Assembly: GCA_002269645.1 (NCBI GenBank)
Contig: NIVC01001024.1
Coordinates: forward strand, 186,001-250,000
Direction of reading: 5' to 3'
Source: Macrostomum lignano
Lineage: Eukaryota
DNA length: 64,000 nucleotides
The notes beneath the pieces are model-generated. The model saw only the letters and a program-made list of their open reading frames with translations. It had not been told where the DNA came from and did no database searches. Each line of letters begins with the position of its first letter. Position 1 is the stretch's first letter. The position numbers were made by a program, and so were the translations under genes. This document shows positions 20,770-33,746 of this stretch, one piece after another.

Positions 20770-22026
20770 GCCCACCAAGAGACAGGGACGCCCACCAAGA
20801 CACACACTAAGAGACAGGGGCGCCCACCAAAAGACAGGGGCGCCCACCAAGAGACAGGGGGCGCCCACCAAGACAGGGGGCGCCCACCAAGAGACAGGGG
20901 CGCCCACCAAGAGACAGGGGCGCCCACCAAGACACAGGGGGCGCCCACCAAGACACAGGGATCGCCCACCAAGAGACAGGGGCGCCCACCAAGAGACAGG
21001 GGCGCCCACAGACACAGGGGGCGCCCACCAAGAGACAGGGGGCGCCCACCAAGAGACAGGGGTTTCCACTGAGAGACAGGAGTTCCACCAAGAGACAGGG
21101 GTTTCCACCAAGAGACAGGGGCGCCCACCAAGAGACAGGGGCGCCCACCAAGAGACAGGGGTTTCCACCAAGAGACAGGGGTTTCCCCCAAGAGACAGGG
21201 GTTTCCACCAAGAGACAGGGGTTTCCACCAAGAGACAGGGGCGCCCACCAAGAGACAAGGGCGCCCACCAAGAGACAGGGGTTTCCACCAAGAGACAGGG
21301 GTTTCCCCCAAGAGACAGGGGTTTCCACCAAGAGACAGGGGTTTCCACCAAGAGACAGGGGCGCCCACCAAGAGACAAGGGCGCCCACCAAGAGACAGGG
21401 GTTTCCCCCAAGAGACAGGGGTTTCCACCAAGAGACAGGGGTTTCCACCAAGAGACAGGGGCGCCCACCAAGAGACAGGGGCGCCCACCAAGAGACAGGG
21501 GTTTCCACCAAGAGACAGGGGTTTCCCCCAAGAGACAGGGGTTTCCACCAAGAGACAGGGGCGCCCACCAAGAGACAGGGGCGCCCACCAAGAGAAAGGG
21601 GTTTCCACCAAGAGACAGGGGTTTCCACCAAGAGACAGGGGTTTCTACCAAGAGACAGGGGCGCCCACCAAGAGACAGGGGCGCCCACCAAGAGACAGGG
21701 GTTTCCACCAAGAGACAGGGGTTTCCACCAAGAGACAGGGGCGCCCACCAAGAGACAGGGGCGCCCACCAAGAGACAGGGGTTTCCACCAAGAGACAGGG
21801 GTTTCCACCAAGAGACAGGGGCGCCCACCAAGAGACAGGGGCGCCCACCAAGAGACAGGGGTTTCCCCCAAGAGACAGGGGTTTCCACCAAGAGACAGGG
21901 GTTTCCCCCAAGAGACAGGGGTTTCCCCCAAGAGACAGGGGTTTCCCCCAAGAGACAGGGGTTTCCCCCAAGAGACAGGGGTTTCCCCAAGAGACAGGGG
22001 TTTCCACCAAGGGACAGGGGCGCCCA
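20770..22026. repeat. ~20-bp minisatellite (CCAAGAGACAGGGG[CGCC/TTT]C(A/C)CA)
   Basis: Tandem units; the reverse complement resembles the 60-1300 array unit. Confidence 0.95.
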
Positions 22027-22348
22027 TCATATTGGTGCCCTTAAGGGTTGCGGTCTCCGAAAATTGTTACAGTACGTCGCTGTTACAGTAAGTGCTATCA
22101 CTGTTTTCATTGCAACACATACATATACATATAAATTTCAAAAGCATGTCAAGCATCCATGAAAATGTAAAGGAAATGTTGACTTGCGCAGTGAAACGAA
22201 GCTCAATTGTACATAAAAAATTACAGCGAATGGATACAAAAGAACACATAGCAGCTCTTGTACAGCTCTGTATTTATTTACAAAGATTCCTACAAAGAAA
22301 TGTTATGGAGATTGTAATAGAGAGAAAAATCAATGCTCAGAGGTTCAT

Positions 22349-22921
22349 CTAGTTCTCAGTCAGTGCCTGAGTCTCCGCACCATCAAGCAGCTCGAGTCCC
22401 GTCAGCGATCGTCCAACAGCATCGGCAGCCGCCGCCGAAGCTGCCGCAGCCGCTACCAGCTCCTCCTTGCCAGCCGATGGCATCAGACTGCGCAATCGAT
22501 GTTGCAGAATGGTTTGCCGGAGTTCGAACCCGCGACCACCAGCAGCGCTGGCACCTCCGACGCCGAGATTGGAAGCTGCCCGATCCTCCAGAGCGCGGCA
22601 GTGGCTGCAGAGCCGCCTGTCCAGCACCTCGCAGGCGGCCAGGGCCATGTGATCGCTTGGCCGGTTGGTCAGCGGTCTCAGGCAGGTGGCGCCGAGAGCT
22701 GGCGGGTCGCTGCGGCGTTGCAGCACCACGGGACCGTAGCTGCCGACTGCGACAGTCAGGGGGCTCTGCAGCTCTTCCTCAGGCTGTTCCTGGTGCGGCG
22801 CCGGCGCTGAGCTGGCTGAGTATCTTCCACTGAGCGACTCGATGGTCTGCTCGCGTTCAAGTCGGAGCGATTCTCCTCTGCGGTGCTCAGCGAAGCTCAG
22901 CAGGTTAGCAACCGTTGCCAT
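22349..22921 (-). CDS. Hypothetical protein, 190 aa, apparently single exon
   Basis: ATG in good context (ACCATGG), GC-rich coding-like composition between AT-rich flanks; no family recognised. Confidence 0.55.
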   Translation of the reverse strand: MATVANLLSFAEHRRGESLRLEREQTIESLSGRYSASSAPAPHQEQPEEELQSPLTVAVGSYGPVVLQRRSDPPALGATCLRPLTNRPSDHMALAACEVLDRRLCSHCRALEDRAASNLGVGGASAAGGRGFELRQTILQHRLRSLMPSAGKEELVAAAAASAAAADAVGRSLTGLELLDGAETQALTEN

Positions 22922-23344
22922 GGTAACTATATGGCTTTGTGAAGCTTTGTGTGCGAAGGACTGCTTTTTTTCAAAAAAAGGTTTCTAGGACTCTTATAGC
23001 TTCGCTTGGATAGAGACAACAGCTAGCTCATATATGAGATCAGAGTACACTTTTATAACAACCTACAGTGTATTCTGGATGCGCTCTTCACGGGTGTACA
23101 TAATTGATAAGCAACTATACAATAAGCTTGTGCAGAGTGCAATAAGAGGTGCAGGGTGAGACCGTTGTGAGGAGAGAGACAGAGAGATAATGACAGTGGG
23201 TCTCTAGCAGGACTGACTGTCCGACTGCCCCTTCTTGTTCTTGTTGTTAGGCGAAGAAATTTTCATTTTTCTTTCTTGTAAAAGAGACGTCTGATGCTGG
23301 ATAGAAACATGGCTGCATGTCTATCAAAATGCATGAATTCTCCC

Positions 23345-24160
23345 CCCCCCCTAACCCCATCCACCTCCCTCTCACCCCTTTCTCCCTCCTTCTCACCCCT
23401 ATCCCCCTCCCTCTCACCCCTATCCCCCTCCCTCTCGCCCCTATCCCCCTCCCTCTCACCCCTATCCCTCTCCATCTCACCCCTCTCCCTCTCCCCCCTC
23501 TCCCTCTCCCTCTCGCCCCTATCCCCCTCCATCTCACCCCTCTCCCTCTCCCTCTCACCCCTCTCCCTCTCCCTCTCACCCTTATCCCTCTCCCTCTCAC
23601 CCCTATCTCTCTCCCTCTCACCCCTATCCCTCTCCCTCTCACCCCTATCCCCCTCCCTCTCGCCCCTATCCCCCTCCCTCTCACCCCTATCCCTCTCCAT
23701 CTCACCCCTCTCCCTCTCCCCCTCTCCCTCTCCCTCTCGCCCCTATCCCCCTCCCTCTCGCCCCTATCCCCCTCCATCTCACCCCTCTCCCTCTCCCTCT
23801 CACCCCTCTCCCTCTCCCTCTCACCCTTATCCCTCTCCCTCTCACCCCTCTCCCTCTCCCTCTCACCCCTCTCCCTCTCCCTCTCACCCTTATCCCTCTC
23901 CCTCTCACCCCTATCTCTCTCCCTCTCACCCCTATCCCTCTCCCTCTCACCCCTATCTCTCTCCCTCTCACCCCTTTCTCCCTCCTTCTCACCCCTATCC
24001 CTCTCCCTCTCACCCCTATCTCTCTCCCTCTCACCCCTTTCTCCCTCCTTCTCACCCCTATCCCTCTCCCTCTCACCCCTATCTCTCCCTCTCACCCCTA
24101 TCCTCTCCTTCTCACCCCTATCCTCTCCTTCTCACCCCTATCCCCTCCCTCTCACCCTAC
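23345..24160. repeat. C/T-rich ~21-bp array (CTCACCCCTATCCCCCTCCCT)
   Basis: Tandem units; reverse complement of the 26385-27000 array. Confidence 0.95.
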
Positions 24161-24638
24161 CCGATTGCTCAAGGGCATACTAAATGCACTAACAATACAA
24201 CAAACATACGCCCCTTATCCGACCTAAGTCCCGTTTCTAAGACAACCGAGTGTATCGGGGGCCTCAAATTTCCAAAGAGAGTTTTGAGGGCTCAGGAAAT
24301 TGCGACAGTGCTTCGGAGCCAGAGTCTGGCACTCTTCCCCGATTTTCCTGCATTCGAATAGCATTAGGATGAGTGGCTGCTCAAGGAAAGCCGAGAAGAG
24401 TCACGGAGACAGTTTATGTGCAAGAGAGATTTTCGCTTCGCGTGTTCCAATCAGAGTTGATCCGGCAGAGAGGTTTGCGTCTTTGACGGTTATTAGCCCC
24501 CCTGGCCGATAGAAACACAGGAAAAAGCAAGCTTTGCATGTATCGCTGAGGGATTCGATTTCGAGAAAGAAGAAACGAGAAAGCAGGTTGAATATTTTTG
24601 AGAAAAAGCAAAGGTCTTCCTTCAGCAGCTGCACCGCC

Positions 24639-27600
24639 ATGGCTGGACTGGGGATGTCACCTGAGGACAAAAGGTTAATAACCGAGGACTGGGCAGCCGC
24701 TTCTGCGGACAGGCGAGCCCTGGGAACCGCCATCTTCATCAGGTAAGGGAAGAAGATGCTCATACATGATCATACTTGATCATACATGAACATACATGAT
24801 CATAATCGCTCATACATGAACATACATGATCATAACCGCTAATACATGAACATACATGATCATAACCGCTCATACATGAACATACATGATCATAACCGCT
24901 CATACATGAACATACATGATCATAACCGCTCATACATGAACATACATGATCATAAACGCTCATACATGAACATACATGATCATAACCGCTCATACATGAA
25001 CATACATGATCATAACCGCTCATACATGAACATACATGATCATAACCGCTCATACATGAACATACATGATCATAAACGCTCATACATGAACATACATGAT
25101 CATAACCGCTCATACATGAACATACATGATCATAAACGCTCATAGATGCTCACACACGATCAGATGCTCGTACATTAACATAGACGCTCATAAACGCTCA
25201 TAAATTATCATGAACGCTCATACACGATCATAAATGTTCACAAAGGCTCATAAACCCTCTTACACGATCAAAAAAGCTCATAAACAATCATGCACGATCA
25301 TACACAACCATAAACGCTCATACACGCTCAGGCAGGATCATAAAAGATCATTCACGCTTATAAACGCTCATACAAGATTATACGCTTCAAATTTGGACAG
25401 CTCGCCGTTTAGTCAATGGGCAAAAGTAGCAGATATCCAAACACTAGACATGCAGGCCACCCTTTAGACTTCTTAAACTCAGTACTCATTGAAGTCTGAC
25501 AGCGAGTGGGACAGCAAGAGGACAACCGTCCATGGTGTACATGTAGCTTCTTTGATTAATGATCCTTCCCTATCATCTTTATCACCACTCACCTCTACCC
25601 CCTCTCACCCCTACCCCCTCCCTCTCATATGATGATCTATGCCAACTAAATGACAAAGGTTATCAGCCAGAATAATAAGGTACAATAAGTGTGTCGAACT
25701 TCCCAGATAACCATTAACCATCTACCTCATCTACCTTACAAACTGTGTAATTTAATTACATACTGTCTACAATCTCTGTCACCTAAAGGAATCCTATGGC
25801 CTGTCTACGCAAACGTAAAAATATATACTGCTGATAATGATGACGTTTTAGTCTCTGCAGGACTGAGCTGGACAATGAGCATTGCATATAGTGTAGATTC
25901 TCATTAAGAGGCTGCTACAAGTCAGAAGCACTGTTGCTATGCACATTGACTCGACTATTAGCGATGCTCAAAAATAATCTTTATACCTCCTTGCCTATAG
26001 CTACCTGAGGAGACACCTCTGACAAGCGATGTCCCAGTAATCCGGGGACACCCCTGACACAAAAAGTGCACTACCAGCCAAAAAAACCTGGAATTCCAAA
26101 TTTCTACAAGGCTACTATTAGTAAACGGTATGCACTCTCAAAAACCGCCGCAGGCTGTTCGAGATGTACCCGGAGGTGCAGTCAATGTTCAGCCAGTTTC
26201 GCGGCAAACCGCTATATCAGCTGACTACATCGCCTAATCTAAAAGCTCACGGACTTCGGGTGGTGAACACGCTTGACGCCGCCATCAGCGACCTGCAGCG
26301 GGACGGCGAGACGTCGGAGGAGTCACTGCGGCTGATTGGAGAGTCGCACAGGCGGCGGGGAGTGCAGATGAGCCACTTTGAGGTGGGTGAGAGGGAGGGG
26401 GTTGGGGTGAGAGGGAGGGGGATAGGGGTGAGAGGGAGAGGGATAGGGGTGAGAGGGAGGGGGATAGGGGTCAGAGGGAGGGGGATAGGGGTCAGAGGGA
26501 GGGGGATAGGGGTCAGAGGGAGGGGGTAGGGGTGAGAGGCAGGGGGTTAGGGGTGAGAGGGAGGGGATAGGGGTGAGAGGGAGGGGATAGGGGTGAGAGC
26601 CAGGGGGATAGGGGTTAGAGGGAGGGGGATAGGGGTCAGAGGGAGGGGGACAGGGGTGAGAGGCAGGGGGTTAGGGGAGAGAGGGAGGGGGATAGGGGTG
26701 AGAGGCAGGGGTTAGGGGTAAGAGGGAGGGGGATAGAGGTAAGAGGGAGGGGGATAGGGGTAAGAGGGAGGGGGATAGGGGTGAGAAAGAGGGGGATAGG
26801 GGTGAGAGGCAGGGGTTAGGGGTAAGAGGGAGGGGGATAGGGGTAAGAGGGAGGGGGATAGGGGTGAGAGGGAGGGGATAGGGGTGAGAGGCAGGGGTTA
26901 GGGGTGAGAGGCAGGGGTTAGGGGTAAGAGGGAGGGGGATAGGGGTGAGGGGGAGGGGGATAGGGGTGAGAGGGAGGGGGTAGGGGTGAGAGGGGGGCAT
27001 CACAACCCCGAAATATCACATTGTCGAAAGTCCAAAACGCGGGGGGTTGTCAGAGTTTTCGAGAATGTGATATTTAGGGTTTATGATGGGGCTTGTCAGA
27101 GTTTTCGAGAATGTGATATTTAGGGTTTATGATGGGGCCTGTCAGAGTTTTCGAGAATGTGATATTTAGGGTTTATGATGGGGCTTGTCAGAGTTTTCGA
27201 GAATGTGATATTTAGGGTTTATGATGGGGCCTGTCAGAGTTTTCGAGAATGTGATATTTAGGGTTTATGATGGGGCTTGTCAGAGTTTTCGAGAATGTGA
27301 TACTTAGGGTTTATGATGGGGCTTGTCAGAGTTTTCGAGAATGTGATATTTAGGGTTTATGATGGGGCCTGTCAGAGTTTTCGAGAATGTGATATTTAGG
27401 GTTTATGATGGGGCTTGTCAGAGTTTTCGAGAATGTGATATTTAGGGTTTATGATGGGGCCTGTCAAAGTTTTCAAGAATGTGATATTTAGGGTTTATGA
27501 TGGGGCCTGTCAGAGTTTTCAAGAATGTGATATTTAGGGTTTATGATGGGGCCTGTCAGAGTTTTCGAGAATGTGATATTTAGGGTTTATGATGGGGCTT

Positions 27601-28855
27601 GTCAGAGTTTTCGAGAATGTGATATTTAGGGTTTATGATGGGGCCTGTCAGAGTTTTCAAGAATGTGATATTTAGGGTTTGTGATGGGGCTTGTCAGAGT
27701 TTTCAAGAATGTGATATTTAGGGTTTATGATGGGGCCTGTCAGAGTTTTCGAGAATGTGATATTTAGGGTTTATGATGGGGCCTGTCAGAGTTTTCAAGA
27801 ATGTGATATTTAGGGTTTATGATGGGGCTTGTCAGAGTTTTCGAGAATGTGATATTTAGGGTTTATGATGGGGCTTGTCAGAGTTTTCAAGAATGTGATA
27901 TTTAGGGTTTATGATGGGGCCTGTCAGAGTTTTCAAGAATGTGATATTTAGGGTTTATGATGGGGCTTGTCAGAGTTTTCAAGAATGTGATATTTAGGGT
28001 TTATGATGGGGCTTGTCAGAGTTTTCGAGAATGTGATATTTAGGGTTTATGATGGGAGGAGCGTTTAGAGGTTGTGATTTTTAGGGTTTGTGATGGCGCC
28101 CCGTGAGAGGGAGAGGGGTAGAGGTGAGGGAGTAGATAAGAGGGGTTAGAGGTGAGAGAGTAGATAAGATGGGATAGAAGTGAGAGAGTAGATAAGAGGG
28201 GTTAGAGGTGAGAGAGTAGATAAGATGGGATAGAAGTGAGAGAGTAGATAAGAGGGGATAGAGGTGAGAGAGTAGATAAGATGGGATAGAGGTGAGAGAG
28301 TAGATAAGAGGGGTTAGAGGTGAGAGAGTAGATAAGAGGGGATAGAGGTGAGAGAGTAGATAAGAGGGGATAGAGGTGAGGGAGTAGATAAGAGGGGATA
28401 GAGGTGAGGGAGTAGATAAGAGGGGATAAAGGTGAGAGAGTAGATAAGATGATATAGAGGTGAGAGAGTAGATAAGAGTGGATAGAGGTGAGAGAGTAGA
28501 TAGGAGGGGATAGAAGTGAGAGAGTAGATAAGAGGGGTTAGAGGGAGATTGATAGGGATGAGAAAAGCAGAGAGTAGAGACCATAGCTACAGTCCTACAG
28601 CAAGAGAAGTGATTTTCCTTCATTGTGTTCCTAATCCTCAGCGAGAGCTACTTCAAGCAAAGCAACAATTTATATCAAACGTTTCTTTTCCAATTTTAAT
28701 TGCCGCAGTCGCTCAACAAGGTGCTGATGTCGGTTCTGGAAGAGCGACTGCGTGGGCAGGTATTCGCTGAGCACCGTCACGTGTGGATAAGTTTCCTCAG
28801 CAGCATCCTGCCCTTTATCAAAGAGGGCCTTGACAGGGCCTTATACCTGGCTTGA
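24639..28855 (+). CDS. Globin, 159 aa, 3 exons (neuroglobin/cytoglobin-like residue pattern)
   Basis: Exons 24639-24742, 26154-26382 and 28709-28855, with introns at the canonical B12.2 and G7.0 positions. B10 Phe, C2 Pro, CD1 Phe (SMF), distal E7 His (KAHG), proximal F8 His (GESH). Confidence 0.93.
24762..25145. repeat. 30-bp minisatellite in globin intron 1 (CATACATGAACATACATGATCATAACCGCT)
   Basis: Tandem units. Confidence 0.95.
26385..27000. repeat. G/A-rich ~21-bp array in globin intron 2 (AGGGAGGGGGATAGGGGTGAG)
   Basis: Tandem units starting at the exon 2 donor. Confidence 0.95.
27049..28055. repeat. 46-bp minisatellite in globin intron 2, ~22 copies
   Basis: Unit GTCAGAGTTTTCGAGAATGTGATATTTAGGGTTTATGATGGGGCCT; period confirmed at 27049/27095. 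Confidence 0.95.
28095..28560. repeat. ~28-bp purine-rich array (GAGGTGAGAGAGTAGATAAGAGGGGATA)
   Basis: Tandem units. Confidence 0.9.
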
Positions 28856-28928
28856 AGCGGATAATTCTACTAAGCAAAGACTAATTAATTGGGGAGCTCA
28901 AGATAGACATGAAGATAATTACAAGCAG

Positions 28929-31146
28929 TGATGTAACCACGCTCTGGTCGCGGGATAGGGCATGGGAACTTTTTCGAAAGTGCCTCCTATCCCGTGCACC
29001 CTCTGCACAGAGCTGTCGAGACTCGGCCAGGTCTCCGACCGGGCCTGGAGACTCCCGCTCTGCTGCACCCCTCCTGCTGCCTTGGTCCCGTCTCTCCTGC
29101 CGCCACACCTGCCTTTCCGGAGCCCCTACCCCTTTCTGTACCTCCCCCTCTACCCTATCTCTTCTGTTCCCGCCCTATTCTTCCTGTACTTTCTCTACCT
29201 CCTCCCTTTTTTTGTCTCCCTCTGCACTCTTTTCCTGCGCTGTCCCCTCTTTCCCTGTGTCTACTTACAGTACTTTGTGTGCTCACCGTCTCCCCATCCC
29301 CTCTCAAACTCCCAAACGGTGACGCAAGTCGTGTGACCCCTTCTCCCCCTCGGTGACTCATCGATGACTCATCCCCCTCTCTTGCGCAACCTTTTCTCAC
29401 GCTATTGTTCTCCTTCCCAAATTTCTCATGTGACACCCACCCCACCTCCGCTTCTATTGTTCTCGTTTTTGCTTCTTTTGTTCTCTCGACCCCCACCAAT
29501 TATCACATTTTCTCCGATTTTCTCTTTCTTTTGTTCTCGTTTTCGCACCTAATTATCACCTTTTCTCCAATGTTTACTTTTCCATTGTTCTCAGTTTTCC
29601 CCAATTATCCCCGATTTCCAATTCCTTTGTTCTCGACCCCAGCCCTATTGTTCTCAATGTTTGCTTGCGCAACACTTTCGCGACCACCCGCGGCGCCAAT
29701 TATCCCCCCACCCCACCTCCGGATTGCGCAATTTCCCGATTTCTCATGTTGCTATGCCGGTCTCATGCTTCTCATCATGACTCATTCTGACGTCATTCTG
29801 CCGGCAGCCAATCAGAGAGAGGGAGCCATGGTAACGACCTTGAGGAGGCGGCTGTGAGGTCTATAAAAGGAAGCGATTTCGGCATGAGAATACGGAACTG
29901 AGTTTATCTCTGTTCCTCTCCTCGTCCTTCTTTGGACTTGCTGTCAGATTGAGTTCTGACCCATTCGTCTATAAGACGAATCCCTGCCGGCCCGCGGTCT
30001 GTTACCGCCAAGTTATCCTTAGCTCCCCAAGTGAGCTCGCCTATCGGCCAGCGGTCTGATACCGCCCAGCATCATCAGCATCGCCTGATCTACATCAGCG
30101 CCTCGTCGCTCCAGCGCATCGCCGCTTCACCGTCTGCCTGACTGCAGCCTACAGCCGCCCTCGGTCACTCCGTCTCTCTCTCTCTCTGTGCAGCTGCCGG
30201 TAAGTTCCTGTTACTGATTTGTGCTCCAATTGCCTTTGCTTATCCGGGGTTTGCCTATTTTCCATTGTCTGATTAGAGAGCTGAGCCAATTGTGATACCG
30301 TATCTTTTGCTGTATTTTACTCAATAGTGAAGCCGCCTAATTGCCTGCTTATTTGCCTAAGGGCCTAATTATTAACTATTAACTAACTTCATCATTATTC
30401 AATCTTTCACCATCATTTCACTCATGGCTTGCTAAGCCTTTCTCCCGGGGTGGCAAAGCATAAGGAAGTTTGGGTAAGCTAATGGCCTCTCCCCGTGCAC
30501 AGCCCGCCTGTGAGTGCGTGCTGCGGGGCCGCGTGTGCGTGCAGTAGAGGGATTAGCGAGTCTTGGCACAGAATGGCAGTAGGAAGGTTGCAACCCCATG
30601 CTAACGCGTCCCTTCGCCCTGAGCAATCTAAACTGTAGACAGTACATGTTCGCCTCATACTACTCTTAGTAATCAAAGTCGCAAGTCAGCCTCGCTCACA
30701 GCCACAAAGGATCCCCTGCTGAGAAATCCTCCAGGATTGAGCCCAGAGTTCCCGATCATGCCCCAAGCAGAGTCCCTGTACTCGGCTGCATGCGTCTCCC
30801 CTGTTAGCCTAAATCCCCTGGTAACCAATCCAGGCGGGGCTCTAGCCTCGAGAGGTCTGGTAGAAAGATCCAGGTGCGCCAGGTCACATAGAGTGGTGGC
30901 AGCCACTCGGTCATACTATGACCGAGTGACCAACTATTGCACCTTGGCTACAGGTGGGGTCCATGTGGGTCCTTGGCCCTCTGGTCACGAAGCGCTACCA
31001 AAGCTACTAATCATGTGGGCGGGACAGTCTGGTGCTGGAGGTCCGTCAGGTCATTGCCCGGTCATAGGCAGCCTACGGTCATTGCCCCCTCTAGTCATGC
31101 GTTCGTCTCTCTACGGAGCGGACAGGCGACAAGGGCGGTTACATCA
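28929..31146 (+). mobile_element. Solo-LTR-like insertion, 2,218 bp, 4-bp TSD, in the globin 3' region
   Basis: Perfect 10-bp inverted ends TGATGTAACC...GGTTACATCA; TSD GCAG at 28925-28928 and 31147-31150. CCAAT near 29808, TATAAAA at 29862, donor CCG|GTAAGT at 30200. No PBS or PPT in the flanks. Confidence 0.75.
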
Positions 31147-31279
31147 GCAGTTCAATAAAGATAATGGTTTCATCAAAGAGGGAGATTTTTAATCACTAAA
31201 AGGCAACACGAGATTTCATAAGTAAACAAGTCTAAGGAATTAGAGGAGTGGATGGCGTTTGGGATTCCGATGAAAACCT

Positions 31280-32243
31280 GGGAATTAAGAATGGGATTTG
31301 GAATATGGGATAAAACAGGTGAGAGAATGGGATTTGGAATATGGGATAAAACAGGTGAGAGAATGGGATTTGGAATATGGGATAAAACAGGTGAGAGAAT
31401 GAGATTTGGAATATGGGATAAAACAGGTGAGAGAATGGGATTTGGAATATGGGATAAAACAGGTGAGAGAATGGGATTTGGAATATGGGATAAAACAGGT
31501 GAGAGAATGGGATTTGGAATATGGGATAAAACAGGTGAGAGAATGGGATTTGGAATATGGGATAAAACAGGTGAGAGAATGGGATTTGGAATATGGGATA
31601 AAACAGGTGAGAGAATGGGATTTGGAATATGGGATAAAACAGGTGAGAGAATGGGATTTGGAATATGGGATAAAACAGGTGAGAGAATGGGATTTGGAAT
31701 ATGGGATAAAACAGGTGAGAATGAGATTTGGAATATGGGATAAAACAGGTGAGAGAATGGGATTTGGAATATGGGATAAAACAGGTGAGAGAATGGGATT
31801 TGGAATATGGGATAAAACAGGTGAGAGAATGGGATTTGGAATATGGGATAAAACAGGTGAGAGAATGGGATTTGGAATATGGGATAAAACAGGTGAGAGA
31901 ATGGGATTTGGAATATGGGATAAAACAGGTGAGAGAATGGGATTTGGAATATGGGATAAAACAGGTGAGAGAATGGGATTTGGAATATGGGATAAAACAG
32001 GTGAGAGAATGGGATTTGGAATATGGGATAAAACAGGTGAGAGAATGGGATTTGGAATATGGGATAAAACAGGTGAGAATGAGATTTGGAATATGGGATA
32101 AAACAGATGAGAGAATAGGATTTGGAAAATGGGATAAAACAGGTGAGAGAATGGGATTTGGAATATGGGATAAAACAAGTGAGAATGGGATTTGGAATAT
32201 GCGATAAAACAGGTGAGAGAATGGGATTTGGAATATGGGATAA
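31280..32243. repeat. 36-bp minisatellite (GAATGGGATTTGGAATATGGGATAAAACAGGTGAGA)
   Basis: Tandem units giving 12-aa periodic ORFs. Confidence 0.95.
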
Positions 32244-32694
32244 ACATATAAGAACACAGCAAACCTAGGGTTTTGTGAAATATCCCAATTGTAATGTGTT
32301 CGTACAGTGTAGTATTGAATTTTGTTGCAATGTTAGTCTCTGTGTATTTAATGTAAAATACATGTAGTATAAATGAATGTAGAAAGTGTAATTTATTCCT
32401 AATTTATGTTGTCACCGTTTAACATAATAAAAATGAGTAAAACAAAAAATATGTGTGACTTTTTATTAATTTTTAGGGCACTTGATCACGATTGTTGGTA
32501 CAATAAATTAAAACTTTGAAATGCAGCTTAAACTACATAACGAATAATAATTGCATAACAACATCGTTTCGCATACATACTCAGTTACTTTTGCAACTAG
32601 GACTAATTTAACTAACGATATGTATCGAAAAAAACTATGCAAGTATGAATTTTACATTATAAACTTTCATATCTTGAATAGGAAAGTTGATTTA

Positions 32695-33725
32695 TAAATG
32701 ATTCACAAACTCACATGATTCACAATCTAGATGACTCACAAACTGAATGATTCACAATCTAGATGATTCACAATCTAAATGATTCACAATCTAGATGACT
32801 CACAAACTGAATGATTCACAATCTAAATGATTCACAATCTAGATGATTCAAAAACTGAATGATTCACAATCTAGATGATTCAAAAACTGAATGATTCACA
32901 ATCTAGATGATTCAAAAACTGAATGATTCATAATCTAGATGGTTCACAGTCTAGATGATTCACAATCTAGATGACTCACAATCTAGATTATTAAAAAACT
33001 GAATGATTCACAATCTAGATGACTCACAAACTGAATGATTCACAATCTAGATGATTCACAATCTAAATGATTCACAATCTAGATGACTCACAAACTGAAT
33101 GATTCACAATCTAGATGATTCACAATCTAGATGATTCAATCTGGGTGATTCACAATCTAGATGATTCACAATCTAGATGATTCACAATCTAGATGACTTA
33201 AAAACTGAATGATTCATAATCTAGATGATTCACAGTCTAGATGATTCACAATCTAGATGACTCACAATCTAGATTATTAAAAAACTGAATGATTCACAAT
33301 CTAGATGACTCACAAACTGAATGATTCACAATCTAGATGATTCACAATCTAGATGATTCACAATCTAGATGATTCACAATCTAGATGATTCACAATCTAG
33401 ATGATTCACAATCTAGATGATTCACAATCTGGGTGATTCACAATCTAGATGATTCACAATCTAGATTCACAATCTGGGTGATTCACAATCTAGATTCACA
33501 ATCTGGGTGATTCACAAACTGAATGATTCAGTCTAGATGATTCACAAACCAAATGATTCACAAACTACATGATTCACAAACTACATTAGATGATTCACAA
33601 AATACATTAGATGATTCACAAACTACATTAGATGATTCACAAAATACATTAGATGATTCACAAACTACATTAGATGATTCACAAAATACATTAGATGATT
33701 CACAAACTACATTAGATGATTCACA
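32695..33725. repeat. 16-bp-based minisatellite (GATGATTCACAATCTA)
   Basis: Tandem units with variants. Confidence 0.95.
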
Positions 33726-33746
33726 AACAAACCAGAAAGCCCAAAC

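Noticed and set aside
27049-28055. CRISPR-like appearance of the 36-46-bp arrays
   Set aside because: Units are contiguous with no unique spacers, there are no cas genes, and the context is eukaryotic.
30432-31192. ORFs inside the 2.2-kb LTR-like insertion (e.g. 30737-31192)
   Set aside because: No gag, protease, RT or env motifs; the longest runs out past the element boundary.
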